NCBI GenBank assembly: GCA_976551045.1
Contig: CDPCPM010000077.1
Coordinates: 1,364,001 to 1,428,000, forward strand
Direction: 5' to 3'
Source: Glaucostegus cemiculus
Lineage: Eukaryota
Length of the DNA stretch: 64,000 nucleotides
Shown in pieces: positions 38,457-51,770 of this stretch. The notes beneath the pieces were generated by a model, which saw only the letters and a program-made list of their open reading frames with translations, had not been told where the DNA came from and made no database searches. The position numbers and the translations under genes are program-made. How positions within the stretch are numbered: the stretch's first letter is position 1; each line of letters begins with the position of its first letter.

Positions 38457-38889
38457 AACCTGAAGTTGAGCTTCAGACCTGGAGATGATGGATATACACT
38501 CAAATCCAGCCCTCCACACCATGGAAATTTGCAGGTATAAACTCACTAGGCCATCTTTTCATGGTGCTGAGAGTTTTTCCAGTGCTTGGTGCCATTACTG
38601 CTTGCAAGAATCTTACAACTTTTGACAAAGTGTGGAATGAAAGTGAGAATTGGGTGAGTCCAGTGCCAAGGTCAATGACTCCATTTAAACAGTTCATTGA
38701 AAGGAACATGAACAACTATTATTTTCAATATGTTTGGACCTGAGAAAGGACAAATTCATCCAAACTTTTTCCATAGTTACCTTCAAGAAATTGTTCAGGA
38801 AGATTATTCCCTGTCACAATTCAGGTTACTCACAATGTATATGGACTGTTTCAGTGATTAACAGATTCTTCAATTCAGTTCAACTCAAT

Positions 38890-39250
38890 GGGGTGGTGCA
38901 GTGTGCAGCCAGGAGAGCAGCTGCTCACAGCTTCTGCAATCCAGGTTCAACCCTGACCTCAGGTGCTTTCTGTGAGGAGTTTGCATGTTTTCCTTGTGAC
39001 AGTGTGGGTTTTCCCCGGGTGTTACACTTTCCCCACATCAAGATGTGCAGTTTGGTAGGTTAATTGGCTGCTGTAAATTGCCCCTCATGTACAGGTGAAA
39101 GCTAGATTCCATGAGTGTTGGGGAGTTGATGGATATATGGGAAGAATAAAATGGGTTAGGCTAGGATTAACATAAAAATGGGTGCTTGATGGTCAGTACA
39201 GCCCTGGTGGGCCTAAAGGTGTCTTTCCATCATGTATCTCTCAATGATTC
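38890..39250 (+). mobile_element. Older V-SINE with CR1-like tail
   Basis: ggttcaaccctgacct, gagtttgcatgttttcc..gtgggttttccccgggt, taattggctgctgtaaattgcccc. Confidence 0.75.
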
Positions 39251-40046
39251 TTTGTAAAATTTGTTTTACTGACTAAAGGTTGACTGCCAAGTGTTTGGGT
39301 TAGGAAATTAACCATTTGCAAACCTTCACCAAATCTGAATAAACTCCATCTTTTTCCCATGGCTGCAATGAAACAGTACTTCATGGACCTTTAAGGAGCC
39401 TTAAATTTTGGAGACCCACTTTTGCTGTGAATTGGGATTAGCAGGAAAGCTCTGTAATAATTTCTGCTGGCTTTATTCATGAGCAACAAATCATAAAGTT
39501 TTCAAACTTCATGCAAAAAAAATGAAGTTTGTGGAATATTTTGACCACACTCGGTGAACAGTGGCTTAGAGTCTACAAAGGCAGCATGAAGAATGTGCTA
39601 ATGTTTCCAGTTTTAGTTTTTGGACACATTATAGAAATCCTGTGACCTTTGAGAATTAGGAGAGTTTTCTCTTGATTGCTCTAACAGTCCACTCAGTCAA
39701 TATTTGTTGATCACTTCATAAATGAACAGTTCCATTTAACATCGGTTTAAAACCCTTTGAATCAATGGAGACCAGAAGAGAGAATTAGCACTTTTATTTT
39801 TGCTTGGCGAAGTTCAATCGATTGATTTATTTTTGACTGTCTTTTTATCTCGTCTGTCCTGGTCTTCCTTACCAAGTGATGCCCTTGGTGAAGCAGGTGG
39901 GGGTGAGGCTGGAGAGAGGGGGTTGTAGATTTCCTCTATGCCCTACATTGTCTTCTCTCTCTCTTTCCATGCCTTACAGTGGCTGAGATTATGAGCCAAC
40001 TTCCAACCCATTGTGTAAGTAGCAACTATGTTCATGTGCAGAAACA

Positions 40047-40322
40047 TAAGATATTTTTATTAGTCACATGTATATCAAAACACACAGTGAAATGCATCGT
40101 TGCATAGAATGTGCTGGGGGCAGCCCGCAAGTGTCTTCACACTTCCGGCACCAACATAGCATGCCCACAGCTTCCTAACCCATACTTCTTTGGAATGTGG
40201 GAAGAAACCGGAGTACCCGGAGGAAGCCCATGCAGACACGGGGAGAACGTACAAACTCCTGACAGACAGTGGCTGGAATTGAACCCAGGTTGCTGATGCA
40301 GTAATAGCATCATGCTAAACAC
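40047..40322 (-). mobile_element. V-SINE with Rex1-like tail
   Basis: tRNA head and V-domain on the minus strand, ending ..catttcactgtgtg..tacatgtgactaataaa. Same family as 50125-50410. Confidence 0.8.
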
Positions 40323-43300
40323 TAAAGGAAAGACAAAGAATACACCATTTGGCCCTTCCAGCCTAATTTGCCATTCAGTAAGACCATGGTGAATCTTTTA
40401 CCTCAGCATTACTTTCCTGCACTAACCCCTATATTCTCTCAATATCCATCAGTTCCTATACTGAGTGACTGAGCCTCCACACCTCTCTTAAGTAGAGAAT
40501 TACAAAGGTTCACTATCCTTTTGGATGAAAAATTTCTTCCTATCTCATTCATCAATGTCCCTTAATTTGAGACAGTGACTCCTTGTTCTGGATAACTGGG
40601 TTATAGGAAACATCAACTTTGCAACTACCCCATCATGCACATTAGAATTTTATGTGTTTCAATGAGACTACCTCTCATTCTTTTAAACTCTGGAGAGTAC
40701 AAACTTAATCTCTTCTCAAACTACAAACCCACCATCCCAGGGATCATTCTGGTGAACCTTTGTTGCACTCCCTCTCTTGCAGATAGGTCCTTCTTTGAGT
40801 CGGTGGACCAGATCTCTGCAGAATGGGTGGCACATCTAGCAGAGCTGCCTTAGAATCAGGTTTATTATCACTAATGTATGTTGTGAAAATTGTTTTGCAG
40901 CAGCAGTACAGTGCAAGACATAAAAATTACTGTGTTACAAAAATAAATAAATATTACTATAAGTTACAAAAGTAAGTAACTAGGAAGAATGATTTCAGTG
41001 CCACAGTTTCCATGATGTCAGAAAAATTGAGTAGACAGAAATGCAGTGAGTACTGATTTCAATGTTCTTCAAAAGGAGATCGGACAGGACAGAAGAATGA
41101 ACAGGTTAAAAAAAATGATGACTACAGCAGCCTTGATAATTTAAGAAAAGACAAGTAATCTTGTGATTGAGTGACAAAACTGGAGGTGAGAGAGAGGTCA
41201 CTCAGGAGAACACATGCAGCACTACTGGTTTCAATTGCAGCACTTGAACGCATGTAATTTTAGCTGTATAACACTGAAACGTCAATGGGCTCCCACTCAG
41301 TGGTTTGCAGGAAGCTAGGATCCAGAATATAATTTTAAAATCAGAACGAATGCAAGACACTAACAGAATAGCCCCTGCCCTTTTCTGATATCAACCTCTG
41401 GGCCAGAGTGAATTCTCCAGGGCACTGCAAGTTGTTAACACTCATGACGTACAAAGCACCAGATAGGGTATTTATAGCAGAATGACTGAAGTGCTTCAAC
41501 AAAATTATCTCCAGTTTGAGTGTAGGTTACATTCTCAATGCTGCACTCTTCTGTTGAAAAGCTGGTGGGAAGTTGTCCACCCACACTGCGTTGGATAGTG
41601 GGCAATTTATTAGTATTCTGGAATTTCTATCTGCTTATCCAGAATTCCCACAGATATAAACAAATAGTCCTAACAACAAGCCTCTTAAATGTAGAGGTAC
41701 TGATTTTAGAATCAGCATTATTTTTGCATGGGCACTAAAATGCTTAACGCTCAAGTTGAAACTGACATGCCAGGAAATTGAATAACATAATGCTTTTATT
41801 TACAGTGTTATGCAATTGAAATTGATTTTTTTCTCTCACGACTGAAGCACGATAATGACCGTTGTCGCCACTTTTCGTGTCATTCTGATAATTTGAGTGG
41901 CCACCTTGTCATGAGTCACCCTGGCACCCAACCAGATTTCCACATGAGGGGTACTCATGGTGATGTCACTCCCTGTGCAGCCTTCCCTTTGGAGCATTGC
42001 AGGAGGAACAACTTGGAGGATCTGATGGCAAGCAAGTATTTCAATTCATCCTTGGATCTTCTGGCACTATAACAGCTCCCCAACACCCATTTTGATAGGT
42101 GGCCCTTTAATAAAGCCCACCCAGCCTTGCTGCTGACCCTATTTTTTGCCCCCACTGACATTCAGTTGGCCTTCCTATTCCCCCTATTCCACCCTCCCTC
42201 CATCCCGTTGACAATCTCCCAGCTTCCAACTTCCCCCATTCTTGGTCTCCAATCCAATGTTCCTTACTGGTCTGTTCCCAATGTCACCACCTGATTAATC
42301 CAGTGGCCACCCTCTCAGGAGCCTGACCTACTGAGGAGGACCTGCTGGAACATTTTCAACTCTGCTGCAAATGAAGTTAGTAGAGGTGGGTCAAAGACCA
42401 AAACGGATACTGGCCAGTAGGTCTGTGGCATTCGAACACATCCTTCAGTCCACACCTGGATTTCTAGGCAATTTGCTTTCCATGGCTAGCTGAGTTAACA
42501 GAGACAACATAGGTGTTAGCATTCAGATACTTGGATCTGCAGCTTTACATCTGAGAAGGGAATTTCTATTGACTTTGCTTCAGAGTTTAGAATCTCATTA
42601 GTTTCCAGAACTCAGGTTGATGTTGTATTTCCTAATTAAATCACTCCTCTGATTTTGAACCATTGGAATTTTGATCATAATTCCAACATTCAAAATGCTG
42701 TACACTTGAAATTAATACCTATCTCTAGAAATTAATTAATTGTTTGAGATTTTCATTGTACAGCTGATTTAAGGTCCATGATCACTGAGTTATAGATCAA
42801 ATATTTATATTTCAAGTATTGAGTTGCAGGTCTACGGGTCAAATTTTAAACAGTGAACAGAAAATGCTGGCAATATTTATCAGGTCAGGCGGCATCTATG
42901 GGCAAAAAGTTTTTGTTTCACTTTGAAGTGTTTTATCTAATGAAGGGTAACCAAGGTGAAATATTAATTTTTTTTTTCTCTCTCCAAAGAAACTGCCTGA
43001 AATGCTATCTCCAGCAATCTCTGATTGTACTTCTGATATCTGGCATCGACAGTGTTTGCTTTGGGATTAGAAGAAAGCAGAATTCTATTTTTTAGTAATC
43101 AATAGTAAATTGTAATCAGGCACTTATTCTGTCTCAATCTATTGTCTGATTTGCAGATAGTATCATGGCAAGTACATTCTGGGAAATCATTTAGTCTCTA
43201 TAAGTGTCCATGTATAAAATTTACAGGTCATTGAATCTGAAGGACTGACCTTAAACACTTGATGTATACAACCCCGCATATATTCATAACAATATTCTTT

Positions 43301-43994
43301 ACCATTTACTAATTAGCCTACTCCAAAGTTCTCATTCCCTCTTGATCATCTGTGTGAAATGGGGAACGATAGCATCAAACCCTTTTTTTTAATGGGAACG
43401 TGAGTTCAGTCCCACCAAAGCCACTTGGGAATTTAGATTCAGTCGATCAAAATACAGCATTTATTGCCAACATTGCCTCAGCCAATGGTGAGCAGATCAG
43501 ATCATTCACAGTAAACTATATTTTTTACAATAATGAACTTTATATACTCATGAAACAGTCACTTTGAAGCGTGGATGCAGCAAACCACTGCATCTTCTCC
43601 CAGTGAAAGTGAGATACTTTCTCCAAAGAATGCAGTGAGTGGAGTATAGTTGCATTTAAATTATCTGCATAAACACAGAATCAGATATTTACATCAGTTT
43701 GGTCACTAAAGTTGATTAATGGGGGAATCCTCGCTGGCTGCCTGTGGCCTTACCAGTACATGCTGTCATAATTAATTAAATAAATCTGAATTTGAAAAGA
43801 TAGATGGAGCAATGTGATGCTCAACACCAGATTATTGAGCAAACCTGCCTGGGTTATGAATATTCTTGAGGGAGGAAATCTGTTGTTCATCCTTGATCTA
43901 GCCTAGATGCTACTGAAGATCCAGAGCAGTGCAGCTGATCCTGAAAAGCCCTAGCATTCCATACAGGGGAATTGGGATGAACGCTGTTTCCACC

Positions 43995-44490
43995 AGCAAG
44001 CTGGAGAAGGTGCAGAAAGCATTTATGAGGATATTACCAGGTCTAGATGGCTCCTTAGGAGGCTGGAGAAGCTGGGGTTGTACTCCCGGGAGCATAGAAG
44101 GCTGAGGGAGTGACCTTATAGACGTTTATTAAAATCATGAGGGGCATCGATAAGGTGAATACCCATGGTCTTTTCCCCAGAATAGGAGAGTCCATAACTA
44201 GAGGGCATACATTTAAAGTGAACAGCGAAAGATTTAAAAGGGACCTGAGGGGCAACTTTTTCACCCAGAGGGTGGTGGGTATTTGGGATAAGATGCCAGA
44301 GAACGAGTTGATAGAGGAGGGTACGATTATTGCATTTGGACAGTTACGTGGATAGGAAAGGTTTAGAGGGATATGGGCAAAATGCAGCCAAATGGGACAA
44401 GCTCACTTAGGCACCTTGGTCGGCGTGGACAAGTTGGGCTGAAGGGCCTGTTTCTGTGCTGTATAACTGTCTGACTCTGTGACTCTTTAT
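43995..44490 (+). mobile_element. CR1 3' fragment
   Basis: MRGIDKVN..LFPR.GES.TRGH.FKV..ERFKRDLRGNFFTQRVV, followed by the CR1 tail. Confidence 0.88.
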
Positions 44491-44654
44491 GACAATGTCA
44501 ACATTTGTGAATACATAAAGGTGTAACCTGTAATCTGGACTGTGGGCAATTATTCAATATGGCACCACCTGGTGGAAACTTTTGATTCTCCAAGGACACA
44601 TGAGAAAATACTTACATTGCCTAGCTGAGGACTTAACCCCAGGCATACATAGCT

Positions 44655-45180
44655 TTCACTGTAATTCCCCATCCCACTAACTCTGATCTACCTGTCTGTG
44701 GCCTCCTGCACTGATACAACGAGGCCCAATGCAAGCTTGAGGAACAACACCTCCTTTTCCACCCAGTGCGCTGTAGCTTTCTGGACTCAGTATTGAATTC
44801 TCCAACTTTATGTAACTTTTTCTTTCTGTCTACATCAAAACCGGCCATTTCTGCCCATTGTCTGTTTTCTTTTTCTGTAAATATAGTCTGTCCTGCTGCA
44901 CGTGTCCCACATTCTTGTTATAAAAAATACATTATACAAATAAACTTCTATCTGCCAATCTAACTGCTAAAGTTACTCACTTGGTCTTCTCCTATCAGAG
45001 ATATTTCCTTTGGGCTGCTATTTACCCCCACCCCTACCTTCCCTGTTACTGAATGCTTAACTTGTTCTCTCTTTTTCCCAGTTCTGACTCTGGATCCTTA
45101 ACCTGAAGCATTAACTGTTTCTCCTTCCACAGATGCTGCCTGATCCACTGAGCATTTCCAGCATTTCTGTTTCTATTTCT
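44655..45180 (+). mobile_element. Old Penelope GIY-YIG 3' fragment plus pseudo-LTR
   Basis: SH..SDL.VCGLLH...EAQCKLEEQHLLF, followed by a ccacagatgctgcctga..ctgagcatttccagcat terminus. Confidence 0.65.
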
Positions 45181-46269
45181 CATTGTTCTTAAACTCACGT
45201 TGCTCCTCCTTTAACAATTAATGGCGCCTTATGAGGAATAGTTCCGTAATTTGCTTTTATGTAACTGGGGAAATATGTTGAATAAAAAGCTCTGCATTTT
45301 GAGTTTTCCTCCATAATACCAGTTGGCAAAATTTCTAACTGTAATTCAAATGGAAATCTTGATCAATACAGAACATTTCATGGCAATTTTGATATGTCTG
45401 TGTTGATAAGTCTTTGCAGCAAATGGTCATGTTCCCATCTTGTTAATGGATGTTCTAATGCACTATAATTATATGCTGTAAATTTCTGCCTGCAAGTGCT
45501 GACACTCTTCATTAATAGCCTGCCACTTGTTAACCATAGTTGGTGCAAGTAATTTAGTTATGCTTATGTACATAAGGTGTACAATGCAGCAGAATGTTGC
45601 AAAATTCAAGATGACATTATTATAATTGATAAATGGCTATGGCATTAAAACTAAGGAGATCCAATGTTCAGGAAAGCAATGTATCACCTTATTCCCACTT
45701 TTGCCATAAGGTCTTAAAATCAAACATGTCCAATTCAGTTGGCGTAATGATGCAGTGGTCCCTGCTCACCACTGCAACCTCAGAATATCCATTGTTCACA
45801 TAATGCAAGGTTTTCCATTATCCTTCAAGCATTATGGTGGGTTATATATTTACGCTCCTCCAGACTTAAAGCCTCACGCTCGAATGTTTAAATTTGATCA
45901 TCAATGTCCATGTCTTCAGCTGGTTAGTTCCTAAGTGCTGTAATCCCTCCCCAGATCTCCATCTCTCTCTGTCTCGCTCTCCCTCTCTCATCATTAAAGA
46001 TGATGTTTAGAGCTTACCTATCAAACCAAGTCTGAAAATCCCGAAAATCAAAACAACGGCAGAACTCTGAAAATTCAGATTGAAAACAGAAAATGCTAAG
46101 ACCACTCAGCAGGTCTGTGGTGAAGACCCGACATCAGATCCCTGCTGAGTGCTGCCAGCATTTCTGATTTTTATTTCTTTGAGCAAGCCTTTTGTTATCT
46201 GTTATAATATCTCCTTGTGTGGCTTGGTGTCAATTTCTTCTGTTGAGTAACATGGCTATGATGGTTGTC

Positions 46270-46745
46270 ACACTATAGGAAGAACATAATTGCACTGGAG
46301 AGGGTGTGGAGGAGATGTAGCAGGAAGAAATGTTTCAGTTCTGAGGCAAGACTGGATAAGTTGTGTTTCTTTTCCTTGGAGCGGAGGAGGGACCTGACAG
46401 AGGTGTAGAAAATTATAAGGGGCATAGATAGGCCTGATAGTTGGATAGGTGGTAGGAAACTTTCCCCATGGTCGAGGTGTCCAGAGGGCATAGATTTTGG
46501 GTAAGAAATCAGGTTTAGTGGGGAATCTGATGAAGAACATTTTCACACAGACCACACTGCCTGAATGAGAGGCGGAGGACGATATTCTCACAACATTGAA
46601 GGAGTATCTAAATGAGCACTTGAATTAAAGAAGGTTATTGACCAAGTGCTGCTAAATGGGATTAGTACAGATGGGTACTTGATGGTTGGCATGGACACAG
46701 TGGGCTGAATGGACTGTTTCTATGCTATACGAATCTACGTCTATG
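46270..46745 (+). mobile_element. CR1 3' fragment
   Basis: ALERV.RR, RLDKLCFFSLERRR remnants and CR1 tail. Confidence 0.75.
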
Positions 46746-48423
46746 ATTAAACGTGGGACATTTTTACCACGTTAAGGACACTCTAAAGTGGAAGGTCTAT
46801 GGTCCTACTGGCCCCTGCCTCACTCCTCCCCCTCTCCTCGTTATACTGGCTATCCTCCCTCTCCACTCTCAGCCCTGATGTAGGGTCTTGACCTGAAGCA
46901 TTAACAATTTTTTCCTGCCCCCTCCCCCCCCCACATTCCCCACAAGCTGCTGAGTTCCTCCAAAATGGAAGTTCTGTTTTCTAAACTAGTTAGACAATTT
47001 AATGGCAGTTATCGGATACTTTTGTGCTATAGGTTCAGATCCCATAGGAACATAGTTGAGAATAAATAAATTTACTTCTGAGAGAGCTTTTAGAGGGATT
47101 AGCACGTAGACTCATAACATCAGTCCAGATTCATCCGAAGGATTGCAGTAATTTGAGAAAGCAGGTCACCAGGTTACTGGAGGGCAAAATATGGAGAGGC
47201 AATAAATGCTGGCCTGCTAGTGAAATGTTCTTCTCAGAAATAAATAATAAAAATAATATTCTTGCACAATATCCAATGCGTATACATTCCACCAGGATTC
47301 AGTCAGGAATAATTGAGAACTGAAGGGCTGGCTGATTTATTATTTGGTTTGCTTTCCTAACTAAATGTTAAGTACAATGTTTGAACCACAGCTCATCATA
47401 GATCAACGTTATAAACCATAGCATTCAGTTCGCCACCATTCCCCATTCATTGGAGAAACCAAAAAAAAAGCAATTAAGATCAATTGAAAGCTTCACAACT
47501 TGGTCTATTTGTAAATTAGCTTCTCTAATATGTCCTTTGAAAGCTCTTCTCTGTTATTACTACTATAAATGGAACCCACTCGTACTACAGTAATCCCATT
47601 GTGAGTAAAAACATTGATATAGATGCTGCGACCAGAATTATTAATGGACAGTGAGATAATTAGAGGAACGTTGCATTTATTCAGCCTTTGAAATATGGTT
47701 AAAGAATTTCCAGCTTTCTTAAGCATTTGTTGTTTTATTATACTGGTCAGGGGTAGCTGGTTGATGTGGTATACCAGAAGCAGTTAGCCATGTGAAAAAT
47801 TGTGAATGAAGAGTTGAGAGGAGGGTGTCAAGTGGACAGGGAGGGGGAAAATCTAGTCTAATATGGACATTTGCCCATAACTTAGAACCCTCCTAGCAAC
47901 CAGCATGGAATGTATTTGCTCAGGCCATGTTGGTTTAATTAATATTAGAATTATTTTCCATGAAAATTACAAGAGCGATGGACACATGGAGAAACAAGGG
48001 TTACTTATCAGGGCAAACCCCCTTAGGTATAAATCTGGAGTAGTGAGTATGGAATTTTGCCGAGAGCACAATTTTCTTTGGGTTTCAGTTCCTCTTTTGT
48101 ATTTAAGTTTAGAAACGTTTCTCTCCAGGGCACTAAGTGAGCCAATCCATCTTTGGAAAGATCACAAGAAGTCTGTCTGAAGCCCCACACTTGCAAGTAT
48201 CGAGGGAGCTGAACCATTTCCTTTTTACATGACATGTAGAATTTAGTTTAATTGATCTGGATCAGATTTTCCTCTTAAAATGATAACACACAGGTGATGT
48301 ACAGTATTAGAAATGCTCAAATCAAAAAAGTTAATGAAATGACAGGTCATGAGTTCTGAATCACTTGAACTTGCCAGTCGATTTACACTACCTAGCTTTC
48401 TGGCCTAGCTAAAGTGCCACTTA

Positions 48424-48655
48424 GAACATAGAACATTACAGCACAGTACAGACCCTTCAGCCCATGATGTTGTGCCCACGTTTTATCCTGCTCTAAGATC
48501 TATCTAACCCTTCCATCCCACATAGCCCCCCCATTTCTCTATCATTCATGTGTCTATCCAAGAGTCTCTTAAATGTTCCCAATGCATCTGCCCCTACAAC
48601 CTCTGCCGGCAGTGAGTTCCACGCACCCACCACTCTCTGTGTAAAAAAAAACTTG
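48424..48655 (-). mobile_element. CR1 3' end
   Basis: tagaacatagaacattacagcacag..cccttcagccca, the reverse complement of a CR1 tail. Confidence 0.8.
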
Positions 48656-48859
48656 CCCTCAATATCTCCACTGTTGTTAAAAATGCTGGATTTAGTGGCA
48701 AAAACTTCCCACTGAAGTAGGAATTTGCACTTTTAACAATTTGATAGTGGTTTGTGGAATAAAAACTCTTCAGAAGGAAGCAATATCATTATTGAGTCTC
48801 ATTCCTACATGTTACAAATTCTTCTTGGAGATTAAAAAAAACCCTCCTTTTCTCCTTCC

Positions 48860-49870
48860 ACCGTCTACAATGGGATCCAACCATCAGGCACATCTTCCCT
48901 TCCCCTCCCCTCCCCACTTTCTGCAGGGATTACTCTCTCTGTGACTCCCTCGTCAGCTCATCCCTTCCCACCTATGCCCCTCCCTCCCTAAGCACCCACC
49001 CTTGTAAATCACAAAATGTGTTACTCCTTTCCCTGCACCTCCTTCCTCACCGCCATCCAGGGCCCTTAACCGGACGTCCAGGTGAGGCAGTCTTTCACAT
49101 CTAAATCCATCCGTGCCATTTATTGCCTCTGGTGCTCCCAGTGTGGCCTCCACTACATCGACAAGCACCTTCGTTCTGTCCGCTCTGCCAGCCAGGATCT
49201 CCCAATGGCCAGCTATTTTAATTCCACTTCCCATTCCCACACCGACATGTCTGTCCACGACCTCCTCCACCGCTAGGTCAAGGATAAAAACAAATTAGAG
49301 GAACAGCGCCTCATATTCCGCCTGGGCAGTCTCCAACGTGGCAGCATGAACACCGAATTCTCTAACTTCCGGTGACCGCTCCCCCTCTGTCCCTTTTCCC
49401 CTTTCTCTCCTCTTGATGCAACCGGCCCCATCACCCTACCTCTTTCCCCTCACCCACCTCCCCATCTGCCCATCAACAACTTGTTCCTCCCACTGCTTCC
49501 CCTCCCCACCCTTCTCCATTCTATGCTCCGCCTTCCTCTCCTATCAGATTCCATCGTCTTCAGCCCTTTATCACGTCCGCCTATCACCTCCCAGCTTCTG
49601 ACATTGTTCCCACTCCCTACCCCCAACATCTGCCTATCATGCCCCTCTCACCTGGATCCACCTTTCACCCACCGGCTCTTGCTCCACCTCTTCCCCCCAG
49701 CTTTTTATACTGGCTATCTCCCCTTTTTCTTTCCAATCCAGATGAAGGGTCTTGACCCGAAATGTTGACAGTCCATTTCCGTCCAAAGATGCTGCCTGAC
49801 CTGTCGAGTCCCTCCAGTGCTTTGTGTGTTGCTTCAGGTTCCAGCAGCTGCAGTCTCTCATGTCTCCTTT
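48860..49870 (+). mobile_element. Penelope-like element 3' part (GIY-YIG endonuclease remnant plus pseudo-LTR)
   Basis: RQSFTSKSIRAIYCLWCSQCGLHYI...HLRSVR...DLPMASYFNSTSHSHTDMSV, KLEEQRLIFRLGSLQ..MNTEFSNFR*, then a pyrimidine-rich pLTR with a hammerhead-like motif at 49734-49771. Confidence 0.85.
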
Positions 49871-50124
49871 TCCTTATTTTTTTCTTTCTCCCTCTTTCTC
49901 TTTTAATCCAAACTTTCTTTCCTCTATTTCACTTTTTTTGCTGTTGACTTGCCTTTAATTCACCCTTCTTCTCTGTTGTTTCTCTGTTTCTTTATTTATA
50001 CTTTACTAAAACTATCAGATCCACAGTTACCTTCACTGCTCCCACATTCCCCAAATACAGAAAAGTCTAAGGCATATAATTTCCAAGCTGGAGGATGTAC
50101 AATGCTTAACAAGTGACATGTAGA

Positions 50125-50410
50125 TAAGATCTCTTTATTAGTCACGTGTATATCAAAACACACAGTGAAATGCATCTATTTGAGTAGTGTTCTGGGGGCA
50201 GCCCACAAGTGTCGCCACATTTCCGGTGCCAACATGGCATGCCCACAACTTCCTAAACTGTACGTCTTTGGAATGTGGAAGGAAACTAGAGCACCCGGAG
50301 AAAACTCACGCAGACATGGGGAGAATGTACAAACTCCTTACAGACAGTGGCCGGATTTGAACTTGGGTCACTGGTGTGTAAAGCGTTACGCTAACCGCTA
50401 CACTACCATG
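50125..50410 (-). mobile_element. V-SINE with Rex1-like tail
   Basis: Head ggtagtgtagcggttagcgtaacgc on the minus strand; colinear with 40047-40322. Confidence 0.85.
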
Positions 50411-50638
50411 ATGTACTGTGAAACACCTCACCCAGCCATTTTGTACTAGAATTGTTAGAGGAATTGTGACACTCAAACTGGAGTTGATTTTTCTTAGTTG
50501 TTGAAGGAATTATGTTGTTTCTAAATTTCAAAGTTTTATCTTTGGAGAACGTGAATGAAGTCTATGCAGGAATGCTTTAGACTGCACCAGCTATTTCCAA
50601 AAATCTGTTCACTGTCCCCAGGCAGTAGCATTTCCTCT

Positions 50639-51770
50639 TCAGAATCAGAATCAGAATCAGTTTTATTGTCACAACCATATACATACATAGTATGCATAGG
50701 AGCGAGATACCGTCCTCCTCAGGTGCTCGTCCCATAAAATAACAACCAACAGAGACACACATACACACTTGACAGAATAAACATTAAAAAACATTAAACA
50801 TTAAAAACTACAGAAGTTAAAATTAAATTAGTACGCAGATTAAATTAAAAATGGCAGGTAAGTAAATAAATAGTTATTAAAGTGAATGGGCTGGTGTCGG
50901 GCATTTAAAGTGCTGGTGCATTTCTGTGCACCTAGCATCTCTTAGTGTTAACAAAGGAAGGTGGAGGGATGAGAGAGTTTGCAGTTCTGATGGCTTGCGG
51001 AAAGAAGCTATTGTTCAGCCTGGTCGTTCTTGCCCTGATACATTTAAGCCTCCTCCCTGATGGCAAAATTGTAAAGAGGTGGTGGGAGGGGTGAGAAGGG
51101 TCGGCCATTATGCTTTTGGTCTTCCTCACACAACGGTCTTTGTATATGTCTGCGAGGGATGGAAGCGAGACACCAATGATCCACTCCGCAGCCCTAACTA
51201 TCTTCTGGAGGGACTTCCGCCCAGCAGCTGAGCAGCTTCCAAACCAAACAGTGACACATTGGGTTAGGATGCTCTCAATGGTCCCCCTATAGGTTTTTAT
51301 GACGGAGGGATGGGGGTACGCTTTCCTCAGTCTCCGCAGGAAGTAGAGGCGTTTCTGAGCTTTCTTCGTGAGGGCCGTAGTGTTAGTGGACCAGGTCAGG
51401 TCATCGGTGATGTGCACCCCCAGGAACTTGGTGCTGCGTACTTGTTCCACAGCAGACCCGTTGATGGTCAGCGGGGCGTGCACATGGTGACCCCTCCTAA
51501 AATCCACTATCATCTCCTTGGTTTTATCCACATTCAAGGAGAGGTTGTTGTCACAGCACCACACGGCTAGTTGTTTCACCTCCTCTCTGTAGTCCGACTC
51601 ATCGCCATTCGTGACAAGACCCACCACTGTCGTGTCATCGGCAAATTTAACAATGCGGTTGGAGCTGGATCTGGCCTCACAGTCGTGAGTCAACAAGGTG
51701 AACAGGAGCAGACTGAGCACACAACCCTGTGGGGAGCCAGTGCTCAGTGTGATGGTGCTTGAGGTGTCAG
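50639..51770 (-). mobile_element. Rex1/Babar non-LTR retrotransposon, 5'-truncated RT
   Basis: ORF 50932-51720: LLFTLLTHDC...KFADDTTVVGL...WC.DNNLSLNV.KTKEMIVDFRR...KAQKRLYFLRRL...LPSGRR...FFPQAIR. GSPQGCVLS upstream. 3' caataaa+(ctgatt)n tail at 50639-50668. Confidence 0.93.
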
